From an uncultured bacterium (GTDB taxonomy: Bacteria > Patescibacteriota > Minisyncoccia > Phycocordibacterales > GWA1-40-21), in the NCBI GenBank assembly GCA_963716205.1, contig OY970290.1, positions 303,417 to 367,416 on the forward strand: a stretch of 64,000 nt of DNA. Direction: 5' to 3'. The notes under the pieces were generated by a model. It saw only the letters and a program-made list of their open reading frames with translations. It ran no database searches and was not told where the DNA came from. Numbering within the stretch: the first letter of the stretch is position 1; each line of letters opens with the position of its first letter. The translations under genes and the position numbers were made by a program. Shown here piece after piece: positions 1-11,614 of this stretch.

Positions 1-3000
1 TATCGCGGCATCAGATATAAAGGCATCATCTGCGAAAAGTGCGGAGTGGAAATCACTCGTTCAATCGTCAGACGCGAGAGAATGGGGCATATCGAACTTT
101 CAAGTCCGGTTTCGCATATCTGGTTTTTGCGAGGTACGCCGTCAAGGCTCGGCTCGATCATGGGTATGTCCGTTTCCGATCTTGAAAAAGTCATTTATTT
201 TGCCGGCTATATCATCACCAAAGTTTTCATTTCCGAAAAGGAGCGGATTTTAAAAGAAATTGAAAATGAATTCAAAAATAAAGTAAAGAATGTTGCCGAT
301 GAAAAGACCAAGGAAGCGCTCAAAGAAATGGCGACAAATGCCAGAAAGGAAGTTGAGAGCATCGCCGAAGGAAAAGTTCTTGATGAAGTCATGTTTCATA
401 AATTCTCCATCAAATACGGAGCCGCTTTCGAAGCGGGCATCGGCGGGGAAGTTATTTATGAAATTTTGAAAAAAATCAATCTGAACGATCTCGAGAAAAA
501 AGTCATTGCAAGCTTGGAAAAAGCAAATGCAATCGACAGCGAAAAATTAAACAAAAGACTTTCGCTCATCAGATCCATGATTGCATCGGATTCAAGGCCG
601 GAATGGATGTTCTTCACAAAAATCCCGGTTATTCCTCCAGCACTTCGCCCAATGGTTCCTCTTGACGGCGGCAGATTTGCAACATCCGATGTCAATGACC
701 TGTACCGAAGAGTTATTAATAGAAATAATAGGCTTTTGAAATTGAAGGAAATCAACGCGCCGGATGTCATTTTGAGAAATGAAAAAAGAATTTTGCAGGA
801 AGCGGTGGATGCATTGATTGACAATTCCATCAGGCACGGCAACTCGCTCTTTTCCGCACTCGGAAATGCTTCGCAGAAACGACCGCTCAAATCACTCGCG
901 GACAATTTGCAGGGAAAGAGAGGATTGTTTCGATCCAATCTGCTTGGTAAGCGCGTGGATTATTCCGGACGTTCCGTTATCGTTGTCGGACCGGAACTCC
1001 ACCTTGATCAATGCGGTCTACCGAAACACATGGCACTTGAACTTTTCAGACCATTCGTCATTTCGCAGCTTTTGAAAAAAGAATTAGCTTACAATATTCG
1101 CGGTGCCGGAAGGCTCATCGATGACGGTGTTGCCGAAGTCTGGGCTATTCTTGAAGATGTCATTAAAGACAAGTATGTTCTTCTTAACCGCGCGCCAACG
1201 CTTCATCGCCTCGGTATTCAGGCGTTCAGACCGATTTTGATCGAAGGAAATGCTATTCAGGTTCATCCGCTTGTCTGTACCGCATTTAACGCGGACTTCG
1301 ACGGAGACCAGATGGCTGTCCACGTGCCGCTTGGTATTGATGCACAGCTTGAAGCAAAAGAGATCATGTCATCCGATAAAAATATTTTGAAACCGGGAGA
1401 CGGCGATCCAACCATTTCATCAAAACTTCTCGACATTGTTCTCGGGTGCTATTGGATGACAAAAACCATTTCCGGAGAAAAGGGCGAAGGAAAATTTTTC
1501 TCATCGCCGAATGCCGCGATTACCGCGCACGATTTTGATCTTGTCGGCTTCAGAACAAAAATAAAAGTCCGTCCATCAGCAAAAGCAAAATACGCTCAAT
1601 TCAAGGGAGAATTGTTTGAGACAACCGTCGGACGATTGCTCTTCAACAGCGTTTTGCCGGATGACTATCCTTTTGTAAATAAAGAAATAGACAGAGGTCA
1701 AATGGTCAAGATTATTGATGATTTGATTATTGCACACGGTCCGAACAAAATCGGTTCAATCATGGACAAGATCAAGAATTTTGGATTTAAGTATGCTACA
1801 TATTCTGGTATTACCTGGGGTCTTGATGACATCAAAGTTCCAAAAGAAAAAGACACAATTATCAAAAATTCAAAAGAAAAATCCGCAAAAGTTGTGGCGG
1901 AATATAATGAAGGCCTTCTTTCTGAAGAGGAACGATTGAGATTAAATATAGAAATTTGGCAAAATACCAAAGGTGAAATTGAAAAATTAATGTCGGGAAC
2001 ACTTGGAGTAAACAGCCCGGTATACGACATGTTGAAATCCGGTGCGCGAGGTAACCTTGCTTCGCTTACGCAGATGGCGGGCATGAAAGGCTTGATTCAA
2101 AACGTTTTGGGCGAAACAATCGAATTTCCAGTCATTAATTCTTATAAGGAAGGTTTGACCCCGATTGAATATTTCATTACCACAAACGGTTCTAGAAAGG
2201 GTTTGACAGATACTGCGCTCAACACTGCAAAAGCGGGATATTTGACGAGAAGAATGTTTGACGTTGCGCAGGATATTATCATCACAGAGGTTGATTGCGG
2301 CACAAAAGACGGTATCACAATTTCGAGAACGCAAAGTTTGGAAACCGGTTCTTCGGTGGCAAAAAAAATCCGGGGAAGAGTTTTGGCGGAAGATATAGAA
2401 AGCAAAAATGGAGATGTTTCATTCAAAAAAGGATCGTTGCTTACCAAAAATGATGCGCAGAAAATTGATGCGGCAGAAATAGAAACGATTATCATTCGAT
2501 CACCGCTTTCTTGCAAAACTCTTCACGGTATTTGCTCGAAGTGTTATGGAATGGATCTTGGAAAGGGCACTCTCATTGATATTGGAGAAGCAGTTGGAAC
2601 AATTGCCGCACAAGCTATCGGTGAGCCGGGAACGCAGCTGACCATGAGAACTTTTCATGCGGGAGGTGCAGCATCAGTTGGTGGAGATATTACGCAAGGT
2701 TTGCCGAGAGTTGAGGAAATTTTTGAAAAGAGAAGACCAAAAAGCCCGGCTGTTGTCTCAACAGTCAACGGCACGGTCACTTCAGTCAAAGATTTCGGAA
2801 AAGAAAAAATCATTACAGTCATTCCTGACATTGAAGACAAAGGCAAATCAAAGAAATCTGGCGAAATTGAATACGTGTTTAATCCAAAAAGAGTTTCCTT
2901 TGTAAAATCGGGAGACAAGATTATCAAAGGTCAGCTTTTGACCGACGGTTCAGCGGATATTGATGAGATATTTGAATATGCCGGCAAAGACAAGGCGATG

Positions 3001-3477
3001 GAATACATTATCGGCGAAGTGTCCAAACCATATGAATTGCAAGGTGCTGCGGTGGACAGAAAGCATATTGAAATCATCGTCAAGCAGATGTTTGCAAAGA
3101 AAAATGTCGTCAATCCTGGAACATCAAATTATTGCAAAGGAGATATTATTGATGAACTTGATTTTGTTCTTGAGAATAAAAAAATCAAGGAAAACAAAGG
3201 AGAAGGTCTTACCGCCGAACCGATGGTTATGGGCATTACCGAGTCATCACTCTCGCGAAGAAGCTTCCTTGCAGCCGCATCATTCCAGCACACGAAGCGT
3301 ATTTTGATCAACGCCGCCATCAAAGGCACCAAAGACACGCTTGAAGGTCTGAAAGAAAATGTTATTATCGGCAGAATTATCCCAGCAGGTACCGGTTTCC
3401 GCGGAAGCAAAAAATACGAAATGATCCAGGAGCTCAAAAAAGAATTCGATACCGAGAGCTCTGATATCGAACAATAA
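1..3477 (+). CDS. rpoC: DNA-directed RNA polymerase beta' subunit (5' end outside window)
   Basis: Frame open from base 1 (YRGIRYKGIICEKCGVE zinc-finger part); catalytic NADFDGDQMAVH; GEPGTQLTMRTFH; GLKENVIIGR. Confidence 0.99.
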   Translation, partial: YRGIRYKGIICEKCGVEITRSIVRRERMGHIELSSPVSHIWFLRGTPSRLGSIMGMSVSDLEKVIYFAGYIITKVFISEKERILKEIENEFKNKVKNVADEKTKEALKEMATNARKEVESIAEGKVLDEVMFHKFSIKYGAAFEAGIGGEVIYEILKKINLNDLEKKVIASLEKANAIDSEKLNKRLSLIRSMIASDSRPEWMFFTKIPVIPPALRPMVPLDGGRFATSDVNDLYRRVINRNNRLLKLKEINAPDVILRNEKRILQEAVDALIDNSIRHGNSLFSALGNASQKRPLKSLADNLQGKRGLFRSNLLGKRVDYSGRSVIVVGPELHLDQCGLPKHMALELFRPFVISQLLKKELAYNIRGAGRLIDDGVAEVWAILEDVIKDKYVLLNRAPTLHRLGIQAFRPILIEGNAIQVHPLVCTAFNADFDGDQMAVHVPLGIDAQLEAKEIMSSDKNILKPGDGDPTISSKLLDIVLGCYWMTKTISGEKGEGKFFSSPNAAITAHDFDLVGFRTKIKVRPSAKAKYAQFKGELFETTVGRLLFNSVLPDDYPFVNKEIDRGQMVKIIDDLIIAHGPNKIGSIMDKIKNFGFKYATYSGITWGLDDIKVPKEKDTIIKNSKEKSAKVVAEYNEGLLSEEERLRLNIEIWQNTKGEIEKLMSGTLGVNSPVYDMLKSGARGNLASLTQMAGMKGLIQNVLGETIEFPVINSYKEGLTPIEYFITTNGSRKGLTDTALNTAKAGYLTRRMFDVAQDIIITEVDCGTKDGITISRTQSLETGSSVAKKIRGRVLAEDIESKNGDVSFKKGSLLTKNDAQKIDAAEIETIIIRSPLSCKTLHGICSKCYGMDLGKGTLIDIGEAVGTIAAQAIGEPGTQLTMRTFHAGGAASVGGDITQGLPRVEEIFEKRRPKSPAVVSTVNGTVTSVKDFGKEKIITVIPDIEDKGKSKKSGEIEYVFNPKRVSFVKSGDKIIKGQLLTDGSADIDEIFEYAGKDKAMEYIIGEVSKPYELQGAAVDRKHIEIIVKQMFAKKNVVNPGTSNYCKGDIIDELDFVLENKKIKENKGEGLTAEPMVMGITESSLSRRSFLAAASFQHTKRILINAAIKGTKDTLEGLKENVIIGRIIPAGTGFRGSKKYEMIQELKKEFDTESSDIEQ

Positions 3478-3510
3478 AAAAGTGCGAAGGTTGGTGATTG
3501 ATCAAAAATT

Positions 3511-5241
3511 ATGTCATCTTCCGTAGAACAAATAAAAGAACGATTGAAGATTGAGGACGTTGTTGGCTCATACGTTAAGCTTGAGCGGGCCGGAGCGTCT
3601 CTCAAAGCAAGGTGCCCATTTCATAATGAAAAGACACCGTCTTTTTTTGTGTCTCCGGAGCGCGGCAGCTATTATTGTTTCGGCTGCGGAGAAAAGGGGG
3701 ATATTTTCACTTTTGTCGAGAAATTCGAAGGGATTGATTTTGTCGGCGCTCTGAAAATTCTTGCCGAGCGCGCGGGAGTCAAGCTTGAGCGATACACTGC
3801 GGAACATTCGGACAAAAAGGAACGACTCTATCAGCTTCTTGAAGCATCGACATTTTTCTTGGAAAGGAATCTTGCCGATGAAGCGATACCACTCGAATAT
3901 CTCACAAACAGGGGACTGACCGAAAAGACAATCAAAGAATGGCGGATCGGCTATGTGCGCAACGAATGGCGATCCATTTCGGATTATTTAAAATCAAAAG
4001 GTTTTACGGAGAGCGAAATGGAGCGTGCAGGCATTACGAAAACCGAAGGCAAAAATACCTACGACAGATTCCGTGGACGGATCATGTTTCCGATTTTTGA
4101 TGCTGCCGGACGGGTGATCGCGTATTCCGGCAGGATTCTGCATGATGACGGTAAGTCGGCGAAATATCTCAACAGCCCGCAGACCGAAATTTTTGATAAA
4201 TCAAAAGTTCTCTATGGCTATTACGCGGCAAAGCAGGCGATACACAAATTTGATTTTTCGATTCTCGTCGAAGGCCAGATGGATTTGCTCATGTGCCATC
4301 AGGCGGGATTTGAAAATGCCGTGGCATCAAGTGGCACGGCATTGACGATTGAACATTTGTATTTATTGCGGAGAATTTCAAATAAAATCATCATGACATT
4401 TGACGGCGACGATGCCGGTGCAAAAGCGGCAGAGCGGGGATGGGCTTTGGCACTTTCGGCAAAAATGGAAGTCAAAATTGCGGAAATGCCAGCGGGTATT
4501 GATCCGGCAGATTTAATTTTGAAAGATAAAGGGCAATTTAAAACCGTTTTGAAAAACTCCGTTCATCTGATCGATTTCTTGCTCAACAGGATTACGGCAA
4601 CAGAAACTGATAAAAAGAAACTATGGTCGGCAATCAAAACAAAAGTTCTTCCATATATTTATTTGCTTGAAAGCGATACAGACAAAGGGCGATATGTGAC
4701 GAAAATTTCAGAAATCATCGGCGCGAAAGAAGAATTCATTTGGGACGATTTGAAAAAAGTGAAGCTCAATGATGAATTCAAGCCGGAAAAAGGAGAGGAA
4801 AATAGTGCAATAAATATGGCTATAAATAACGATATTTTAAAAAAAGGTTCGGTCGAGCGCACCATCGCGGGCATTATTGCAAAAGATGAAAGTTCGCCGC
4901 ACAAAAATCAAGAACTTGCGAGATTGCGGGAAGAAGTGAAAGATATTATCGGGCAGGAACAATATGAAAAGTTTGATGAAGAAATGAAAATTTTGTCAGG
5001 CGAGCTGGCTTTTGAGACAGAAGCATATTACGGAAATTTTCCAGAAAAGAAAATGAGAAAAGAGACAGATATTCTCCTTCTCGGGCTCACCGAAGAAGCG
5101 ATCAACAAAGAACGGATTGCGCTTGCGGTTGAGATGACAAAAACGAAAGATGACGAGAAAAAGAAAAGTCTGATGGTACGCAATATGGATTTGAGCCGGC
5201 GGATGGAACAAATCAGAGAGGACAAAAAGAAACTTTTATAA
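3511..5241 (+). CDS. dnaG: DNA primase
   Basis: CHC2 zinc finger [11 protein letters not shown]...CFGC; FRGRIMFPI; KYLNSP; TOPRIM EGQMD and FDGDDAG. Confidence 0.98.
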   Translation: MSSSVEQIKERLKIEDVVGSYVKLERAGASLKARCPFHNEKTPSFFVSPERGSYYCFGCGEKGDIFTFVEKFEGIDFVGALKILAERAGVKLERYTAEHSDKKERLYQLLEASTFFLERNLADEAIPLEYLTNRGLTEKTIKEWRIGYVRNEWRSISDYLKSKGFTESEMERAGITKTEGKNTYDRFRGRIMFPIFDAAGRVIAYSGRILHDDGKSAKYLNSPQTEIFDKSKVLYGYYAAKQAIHKFDFSILVEGQMDLLMCHQAGFENAVASSGTALTIEHLYLLRRISNKIIMTFDGDDAGAKAAERGWALALSAKMEVKIAEMPAGIDPADLILKDKGQFKTVLKNSVHLIDFLLNRITATETDKKKLWSAIKTKVLPYIYLLESDTDKGRYVTKISEIIGAKEEFIWDDLKKVKLNDEFKPEKGEENSAINMAINNDILKKGSVERTIAGIIAKDESSPHKNQELARLREEVKDIIGQEQYEKFDEEMKILSGELAFETEAYYGNFPEKKMRKETDILLLGLTEEAINKERIALAVEMTKTKDDEKKKSLMVRNMDLSRRMEQIREDKKKLL

Positions 5242-5263
5242 ATTTTTTATCAACACAAAACAT

Positions 5264-6439
5264 ATGACAAAGAAAAACAAAACAAAAAAAGCGAAAATTT
5301 CAAAAAAACCGGCGGTCAAAAAACCGGTAAAAAAAGTTTCAGCCAAAATGCCTAAAATGTCTGCCAAGAAAAAAGAATGGGAAGTCAAAGCAGAGAAGCT
5401 TATTGCTAAAGGCAAGGAGCGCGGTTTTATCACCTACGATGAAATTTTGAAGGAATTTCCGAAAGTTGAGGACGATGTCATTTTTCTCGATGATTTATAT
5501 AATAAATTTGTCGTTGCCGGACTTGATGTTTTGGAAGGCGGCGGCTTGCTTGAGACGAATGATGATCAGATTAAAAAATACGCCTATGGCGGACGCTCAT
5601 CGGACGCCGGTTATGATTCCATTCAGATATATTTGAAAGAAATCGGCCAGTATCCGCTCATCAGTGCCTCGATGGAAAAAGATTTGGCGAGAAAAATTCT
5701 TGCCGGAGATATGGAGGCAAAAAATCTTCTGGCAAAGGCAAACTTGCGCCTCGTTGTTTCCATTGCCAAAAAATACGTCGGTAGGAGCGCTGACTTGACC
5801 CTTTTGGACTTGATTCAGGAAGGCAATCTTGGTTTGTTTAAAGCTGTTGATAAATTTGACTGGACAAAAGGTTTTAAATTTTCAACCTACGCGACGTGGT
5901 GGATCCGCCAGGCCATTACTCGCGCCCTTGCCGACCAGTCTCGTACGATCCGCGTGCCGGTGCACATGGTGGAAACGATTGCAAAATACAAGCAAGTCTA
6001 CCGCAGACTTTCGCAGGATTTGGGTAGAGAGCCATTGCAGGATGAGATCGCGACTGAAATGGGGCTTGATGTGGAAAAAGTTTACATGATTGAAAAGATT
6101 GATCAGGACACATTATCTCTAGAAAATCCTGTCGGTGATGATGATGATGGCAAGTCCACACTTGGTGATTTTGTCGCCGATGACAAGATACTTTCTCCGG
6201 ATCAGGAATCTTCCCGCAGAATTCTTTCCGATCAGGTCAAGGAAATTCTCAATGACCTTTCGCTCAAAGAACGGAAAATTCTTGAGATGCGACATGGTTT
6301 AATTGATGGTGTCACTCACACACTTGAAGAAGTTGGCTTGGAATTCGGCGTTACCCGCGAGCGTATCCGCCAGATTGAAGCCAAAGCACATGAAAAAATC
6401 CGCCAGCATGAAAAAATAGGGAAGTTGCAGAGTTATTAA
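5264..6439 (+). CDS. rpoD: Primary sigma-70 factor (RpoD/SigA)
   Basis: [56 protein letters not shown]; follows dnaG. Confidence 0.97.
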   Translation: MTKKNKTKKAKISKKPAVKKPVKKVSAKMPKMSAKKKEWEVKAEKLIAKGKERGFITYDEILKEFPKVEDDVIFLDDLYNKFVVAGLDVLEGGGLLETNDDQIKKYAYGGRSSDAGYDSIQIYLKEIGQYPLISASMEKDLARKILAGDMEAKNLLAKANLRLVVSIAKKYVGRSADLTLLDLIQEGNLGLFKAVDKFDWTKGFKFSTYATWWIRQAITRALADQSRTIRVPVHMVETIAKYKQVYRRLSQDLGREPLQDEIATEMGLDVEKVYMIEKIDQDTLSLENPVGDDDDGKSTLGDFVADDKILSPDQESSRRILSDQVKEILNDLSLKERKILEMRHGLIDGVTHTLEEVGLEFGVTRERIRQIEAKAHEKIRQHEKIGKLQSY

Positions 6440-6450
6440 AAATAAAAATC

Positions 6451-6485
6451 ATAAAAACGGGCGACCTTCGGTCGCCCGTTTTTAT
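6451..6485 (+). terminator. Intrinsic terminator after rpoD
   Basis: ataaaaacgggcgacc-ttc-ggtcgcccgtttttat inverted repeat with T tail. Confidence 0.85.
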
Positions 6486-6614
6486 TTCTAAAAGTTATCC
6501 ACAAAAAAATAGTTCCTGCACGTATTATTGCACTGCACGAAAACATTATGATTACATTACCGGATTTGGAAGTCCGCTGACGGATATATTTTAGCTTTGT
6601 GCTAAAATAGCTAC

Positions 6615-6829
6615 ATGACCTTCGAGGAACGCTATCAGAGTCTCAACCGGACGATAAAGGAAAATACAAAAAAGAAAAATTTGCCACTACGAATGAAGAT
6701 ACAAAAGAATTAATTTCCATCATTCAAAAATTTACAACAGAAATCGCAAGTTTTGAATTTTGGGATAAAAAATGTTCGGACAAAAAATGCGAATACTGCA
6801 AACTGCGGGAAGTGATGACGAAAAATTAA
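6615..6829 (+). pseudogene. Internally deleted remnant of a UvrD/PcrA-like helicase with C-terminal PD-(D/E)XK-type nuclease region
   Basis: ATG frame gives MTFEERYQSLN (UvrD-like start); another frame from 6644 gives QPDDKGKYKKEKF...FWDKKCSDKKCEYCKLREVMTKN* (Cys-cluster tail like AddAB/AdnAB-type nucleases). Confidence 0.6.
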
Positions 6830-7645
6830 TTATTTCAGTACCATATCGATTATTGAAGTCACATTTTCCAGAGGTATTGCACCATCGAGCACAATATCTT
6901 TATTGTCTGAAGATAAAGTGATATTTTGCGTCAAATTGTTGCTAGCAATATATGTTTCTATTGCTGTTGCTTCATCGCTTGTGAGGGGTGTTTTCAAAAT
7001 CATGATGCTGTACGGCGTGCCTTGCGCACCGGCAGTGACTCCGTCATTATAATCATTTTCCACTGCTTGAGCGGTTGTGTTGTTGGAAAGGCAATCATTG
7101 AATTGTGCCGTGTTGATGCCGTTATCTTGCGCGACCTGCATCAATTGAGCCGTATCTGAAGCGGTGTCGCGATCCGTCGCTCCTTGAAGCGGGAAGACGC
7201 TATACCATTCTTTTTCATAATTCCAGAATGCAGTATTGCCGCCAAGGGTTGCAACGCATTCAAATGCTTGCGCTTCATGCTGCGCATTCGGATGGAGACT
7301 GGTAAGTGGAAAATCTCGGTAAACCCAAGTAACTTTTCCTGTTGCGCCATAATTTGCAATGATTGTTTCCATCGTACTTTGGAACATCTTGCAATACGGA
7401 CAGGATGGGTCGGAAAATTCCACGATGACAATCGGTGCATTCGGATCCCCGAGAATATGATCGCTTGCGCTGACCGGTTTCAATGAAATATTTGATGGCG
7501 ATACTTGAGTGGTATTTGCCGGAGCCGGAATGTTGCTTTTATTTGACAAAAGTATGGCGCCCGCGATTAAAATACCGACGACAATAATAGCTCCCGGTAT
7601 TGAAAGATTATTTTTCTGGACTTCCATTTTTTGTTCTTCATTCAT
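6830..7645 (-). CDS. DsbA-family thiol-disulfide oxidoreductase, membrane anchored
   Basis: N-terminal TM; EFSDPSCPYC; RDFPL; GTP cis-Pro motif. Confidence 0.92.
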   Translation of the reverse strand: MNEEQKMEVQKNNLSIPGAIIVVGILIAGAILLSNKSNIPAPANTTQVSPSNISLKPVSASDHILGDPNAPIVIVEFSDPSCPYCKMFQSTMETIIANYGATGKVTWVYRDFPLTSLHPNAQHEAQAFECVATLGGNTAFWNYEKEWYSVFPLQGATDRDTASDTAQLMQVAQDNGINTAQFNDCLSNNTTAQAVENDYNDGVTAGAQGTPYSIMILKTPLTSDEATAIETYIASNNLTQNITLSSDNKDIVLDGAIPLENVTSIIDMVLK

Positions 7646-7732
7646 AAATTTTTATTTTATTTGATATGCAATCATTCTAGCATGTTATAGAACAGTTGCA
7701 AAAAATTCAATTTTCGGGTAGTATGGTGACCT

Positions 7733-8050
7733 ATGGAATTTGCAATTATCAAGACAGGAGGCAAGCAATATAAGGTTTCAAAGGGCGATTCTCTCAAAAT
7801 TGAAAAGCTTTCGGATACCGCAAAAATTGGCGATAAAATTGTTTTTGATCAGGTTTTGCTTGTGGATAACGGCAAAGATACTTCCATTGGAATGCCTTAC
7901 ATCAAAGGTGCGAAAGTGGAAGCGAGCGTTGAAAAAATCGGCAAGCTTCCGACAATTACCGTCATTCATTACAAACAAAAGAGCAGATATTTCAAAAAGA
8001 ATGGTCATCGACAGCCATATTTCCAGGTAAAAATTGAAGCGATTAAATAA
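7733..8050 (+). CDS. rplU: 50S ribosomal protein L21
   Basis: AIIKTGGKQYKV; GHRQPY. Confidence 0.98.
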   Translation: MEFAIIKTGGKQYKVSKGDSLKIEKLSDTAKIGDKIVFDQVLLVDNGKDTSIGMPYIKGAKVEASVEKIGKLPTITVIHYKQKSRYFKKNGHRQPYFQVKIEAIK

Positions 8051-8062
8051 ATACATATACAT

Positions 8063-8092
8063 AAAGAGCGGCGCCAAAGGCGCCGCTCTTTT
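8063..8092. terminator. Bidirectional terminator between convergent rplU and recR
   Basis: aaagagcggcgcc-aaa-ggcgccgctcttt. Confidence 0.85.
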
Positions 8093-8109
8093 GATTTAAT
8101 TTTATTTTT

Positions 8110-8745
8110 TTAACTCCTATTTTTCAGTGCATTTTTGATTGTTTCCGGATCGGAATATTCAAGCTCGGTGCCCGTCGAAAGTCCGCGGCCGAGTTCGGAA
8201 ATTTTGATGCTGTATTTTGACGCAATGGGGGAGAGTTCGTTTTTCAAAAGTTCCGCCGTATATTCACCTTCGGAATTTGCATCAAGCCCGAGAATAATTT
8301 CTTTCAGACTTTTCTCTGAAATTCTACTCACGAGTGAAAGCAATTCTTTTAGGCGAATTCTTTGTTCCGGGTTTTTGTCGAGTATTGGCACAAGCCCGCC
8401 AAGGACAAAATATTTTCCATTAAAGGGATGACTTTTCTCAATATTATCGAGATCAATATCCCGGCTGACAATCATCAGCAATTCTTTGTCGCGTCTTTCA
8501 TCCGCACAAATACCGCAGAGATTTGTGCCATTTACTTGTTTACCTTTCTGTAAAGAAATCGAGAAATATCGTTTGCAATCAGCACAGGATTCAATATCGG
8601 ATTTCAGCTCGCTGATTTCATTTTTAAATTCCTCGATATACCCCTGCGATCGAGTAATTAAAAAATATACAAAACGCCTCGCTTGTTTTGGCCCGATTCC
8701 GGGAAATTCGGAAAATATTTTGATAAGTTTTTCGATTGAGTTCAT
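8110..8745 (-). CDS. recR: Recombination mediator RecR
   Basis: FPGIGPKQARR HhH; C4 zinc finger; YFVLGG; EGEYTA; GTELEYSD. Confidence 0.95.
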   Translation of the reverse strand: MNSIEKLIKIFSEFPGIGPKQARRFVYFLITRSQGYIEEFKNEISELKSDIESCADCKRYFSISLQKGKQVNGTNLCGICADERRDKELLMIVSRDIDLDNIEKSHPFNGKYFVLGGLVPILDKNPEQRIRLKELLSLVSRISEKSLKEIILGLDANSEGEYTAELLKNELSPIASKYSIKISELGRGLSTGTELEYSDPETIKNALKNRS

Positions 8746-8746
8746 A

Positions 8747-10126
8747 TTAAAATACTTCGCTTGTCTGGCTGAAATCCCCGAAATTATCCTTATCCATAGT
8801 CAGGAATGTTGCTTTATCACGATCAAAAAACAGGTCTACTTTTCCGGTTGGACCGTTTCGGTGCTTTTCGATCAGTATTTCGGCTGTCTGTTTTTTGCCT
8901 ACGCCGTCTTCATTTTGGTCAGCATGGATAAACATAACGACATCCGCGTCCTGCTCGATAGAACCCGAATCTCGCAGATCGGAAAGGCGAGGTCTGCCAC
9001 CGCGGGATTCAACGGCACGGGAAAGCTGGGAAAGAGCAAGGACAGGGATGTCGAATTCTTTTGCAAGCTGCTTGAGCGAATGTGATATCTCGGTGATCTG
9101 TTGGACCATATTGTCTCCGCCTTTCGTCTGTACCGGCGCCATGAGCTGAAGATAGTCTACAATCACAAGCCCGAGATTTTTCTCATGCTTCAACCGCCTC
9201 ACCACGGAGCGCATTTTCAAAATATTATTCGCCGCCTGGTCATCGATAAAAAGAGGAGCTTTAGAAATCGGGTCAAGCGAGCTGCGGATTTTGTCGAATT
9301 CACTGTCAAGCGAAAGTTTGCCTGTGCGAAGCTTCCATGCATCGACGCGAGCTTCAGCGGCGAGTATGCGGTCGACGAGCTGCTGCGTCGACATTTCAAG
9401 GGAAAATATCACAGTCGGAATCTGGGAACGTATCGTTACGTTGCGGGCGATATCAAGCGCGAGAGAAGTTTTTCCCATGCTTGGCCGCGCGGCAAGGATG
9501 ACCAGATCGGAATTCTGCAAACCGGAAAGTTTGAAATCAAGATCTTTGAATCCTGTCGGCACGCCGCGGATTTCATCTTTACTGTTATGAAGCCGGTCGA
9601 GCCGATCCATCGCAGTATTGATAACATCTTTCATCTGGACATATTTTCCAGAAAGATTTTTGCTTGTCACTTCGTATAATTTTTTCTCCGCTTTGTCCAA
9701 AATACCGAGAAGCTCAGCTTCTTCGTCGTAGCCGAGATTGCCGATATGCTCCGCTGCTTCGATGAGCCGTCGCATGATATATTTTTTCTGAATTATTTCC
9801 GCATAATGTTCGGCATTCGTTGAAGAGGGAACTGAATTCACCACTTCGGTCAGGAAACTTGCACCACCGACACGATCCAAGTCGCCAGATTCTTTGAGTT
9901 TGGATGAAAGCGTCAAAAGATCAATCGGTTCCTGCCGTTTGTAAAGCTCCGCCATCGCAGAAAAAATTGTTTTGTGTTTTTGCGTATAAAAAGCTTCTGG
10001 CACGAGCAGGTCCATGATTTCCGGCAAGACTTCCGGGCGAAGCATGATGGAGCCGAGCAGCGCCATTTCCGATTCGGTATTTTGTGGAGGAATCCTGATA
10101 TTTATTTTTCGCGTTTCAGTTGCCAT
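8747..10126 (-). CDS. dnaB: Replicative DNA helicase
   Basis: AARPSMGKT; IVDYLQLM; LSQLSRAVE; SDLRDSGSIEQDAD; KHRNGPTG. Confidence 0.98.
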   Translation of the reverse strand: MATETRKINIRIPPQNTESEMALLGSIMLRPEVLPEIMDLLVPEAFYTQKHKTIFSAMAELYKRQEPIDLLTLSSKLKESGDLDRVGGASFLTEVVNSVPSSTNAEHYAEIIQKKYIMRRLIEAAEHIGNLGYDEEAELLGILDKAEKKLYEVTSKNLSGKYVQMKDVINTAMDRLDRLHNSKDEIRGVPTGFKDLDFKLSGLQNSDLVILAARPSMGKTSLALDIARNVTIRSQIPTVIFSLEMSTQQLVDRILAAEARVDAWKLRTGKLSLDSEFDKIRSSLDPISKAPLFIDDQAANNILKMRSVVRRLKHEKNLGLVIVDYLQLMAPVQTKGGDNMVQQITEISHSLKQLAKEFDIPVLALSQLSRAVESRGGRPRLSDLRDSGSIEQDADVVMFIHADQNEDGVGKKQTAEILIEKHRNGPTGKVDLFFDRDKATFLTMDKDNFGDFSQTSEVF

Positions 10127-10213
10127 GAAATTGTTAGTTTCATTTTAACAAGCGTAAAAATTCACCGCAATGGCGACTATTGGCACAATGTGTGGTTAAA
10201 TTGTGGAGAAAAT

Positions 10214-11614
10214 TTAACCGAGTTTCTTTATTTCTTGTCCTTCTGTCGTATCCTTTACTTCATATCCAAGCTTTGCGATTTCATCACGCAATTCATCCGA
10301 CTTTTTCCAATCTTTATTTTGCCGGGCAAGTTTTCTTTCTTCCACAAGTTTTTGCACTTCCTCTGGAATTTTTTCCATTGAATTTTTTGTAGTCACTGAT
10401 TTCAAATCAAGCCCAAGCACGGTATCAAAATCAAACGCTGTCGTAAGCTTTTCGGCAGGGGAGATGTCAGACTTCAGCATTTCATTCAATATCGCCATCG
10501 CCTGCGGCATATTCAGATCATCATTCACGGCATTTAAAAACTTTTCTTTCCATCCATTATTTATTTTTCCAATTTTATCACCGAGATTTCCAATCTTTGC
10601 ATACAAATTCTCTAAGCCATTTTTTGCTGCTTGCAATATTTCATCATTCCATTCCATCTGCTTTCGATAATGAACGGTTAGGTTGGCAAAACGATAGACG
10701 ATAGGATTAATATTTTTTTTTATAAAAACATTTTCAACAGTAATCACATCTCCTGCACTTTTTGACATTTTCCGGTCTAAAAGATTCAGAAATTCTCCAT
10801 GTATCCAATAATTCACCCATGGTTTTTTGCCTGTAGCAGCTTCTGTTTGGGCTATTTCATTGGTATGGTGCAAGTTAATGAAATCCACTCCACCGCAGTG
10901 AATATCAAAATGATCTCCCAAATATTTCAAACTCATTGCCGAACATTCAATATGCCAACCGGGGAAACCGATACCCCACGGACTTGGCCATTCCATCTGT
11001 CTTTTTTCATTTTTCGGGGAGAATTTCCAAAGTGCAAAGTCGGTATGATTCTTTTTTTCTGTATTTACTTCGACGCGGACGCCTTCTTTCAAATCCTCAA
11101 GTTTCTGTCCAGACAATTTCCCGTAATCGGGAAATTTTGACGTATCAAAATAAATTCCATCACTCGTTTTATACGTAAATCCTTTTTTTTCAAGTCTTTG
11201 TATAAGTTTTATCTGCTCGGGAATATTGTCTGTTGCTTTGCAAAATGTGGTGGGGAAGAGAATGTTTAGATTTTTTAAATCTTTTTTGAAAGCTTCAGTA
11301 TAAAATTCTGCAATCTGCCATGCGGTTTTGCCTTCTTTTTTCGCTTCTTTCTCGACTTTGTCCTCACCCATATCGCGGTCGTTCGTCAGATGCCCAACAT
11401 CGGTGATATTCATCACATGATCCACTTTGTAGCCATTGTAAAACAAAACGCGTTTGAGCAAATCCTCAAAAATATAGGTGCGCATATTGCCGAGATGCGG
11501 ATAATTGTAGACAGTCGGTCCGCATGTATACATGCCAACCTTGCCCTTTTTTATCGGCACAAATAAATCTTTTTTCCTGGTGAGAGTATTATAAAGATAG
11601 AGGGACTGGCTCAT
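10214..11614 (-). CDS. cysS: Cysteine--tRNA ligase
   Basis: [32 protein letters not shown]. Confidence 0.98.
   Translation of the reverse strand: MSQSLYLYNTLTRKKDLFVPIKKGKVGMYTCGPTVYNYPHLGNMRTYIFEDLLKRVLFYNGYKVDHVMNITDVGHLTNDRDMGEDKVEKEAKKEGKTAWQIAEFYTEAFKKDLKNLNILFPTTFCKATDNIPEQIKLIQRLEKKGFTYKTSDGIYFDTSKFPDYGKLSGQKLEDLKEGVRVEVNTEKKNHTDFALWKFSPKNEKRQMEWPSPWGIGFPGWHIECSAMSLKYLGDHFDIHCGGVDFINLHHTNEIAQTEAATGKKPWVNYWIHGEFLNLLDRKMSKSAGDVITVENVFIKKNINPIVYRFANLTVHYRKQMEWNDEILQAAKNGLENLYAKIGNLGDKIGKINNGWKEKFLNAVNDDLNMPQAMAILNEMLKSDISPAEKLTTAFDFDTVLGLDLKSVTTKNSMEKIPEEVQKLVEERKLARQNKDWKKSDELRDEIAKLGYEVKDTTEGQEIKKLG

Noticed and set aside
5264-5380. Lys/Pro/Ala-rich N-terminus of RpoD as a separate histone-like domain
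   Set aside because: Low-complexity basic extensions are common on primary sigma factors; nothing more is supportable
6495-6503. Perfect DnaA box TTATCCACA as origin marker
   Set aside because: Single intergenic copy, no cluster and no dnaA/dnaN nearby
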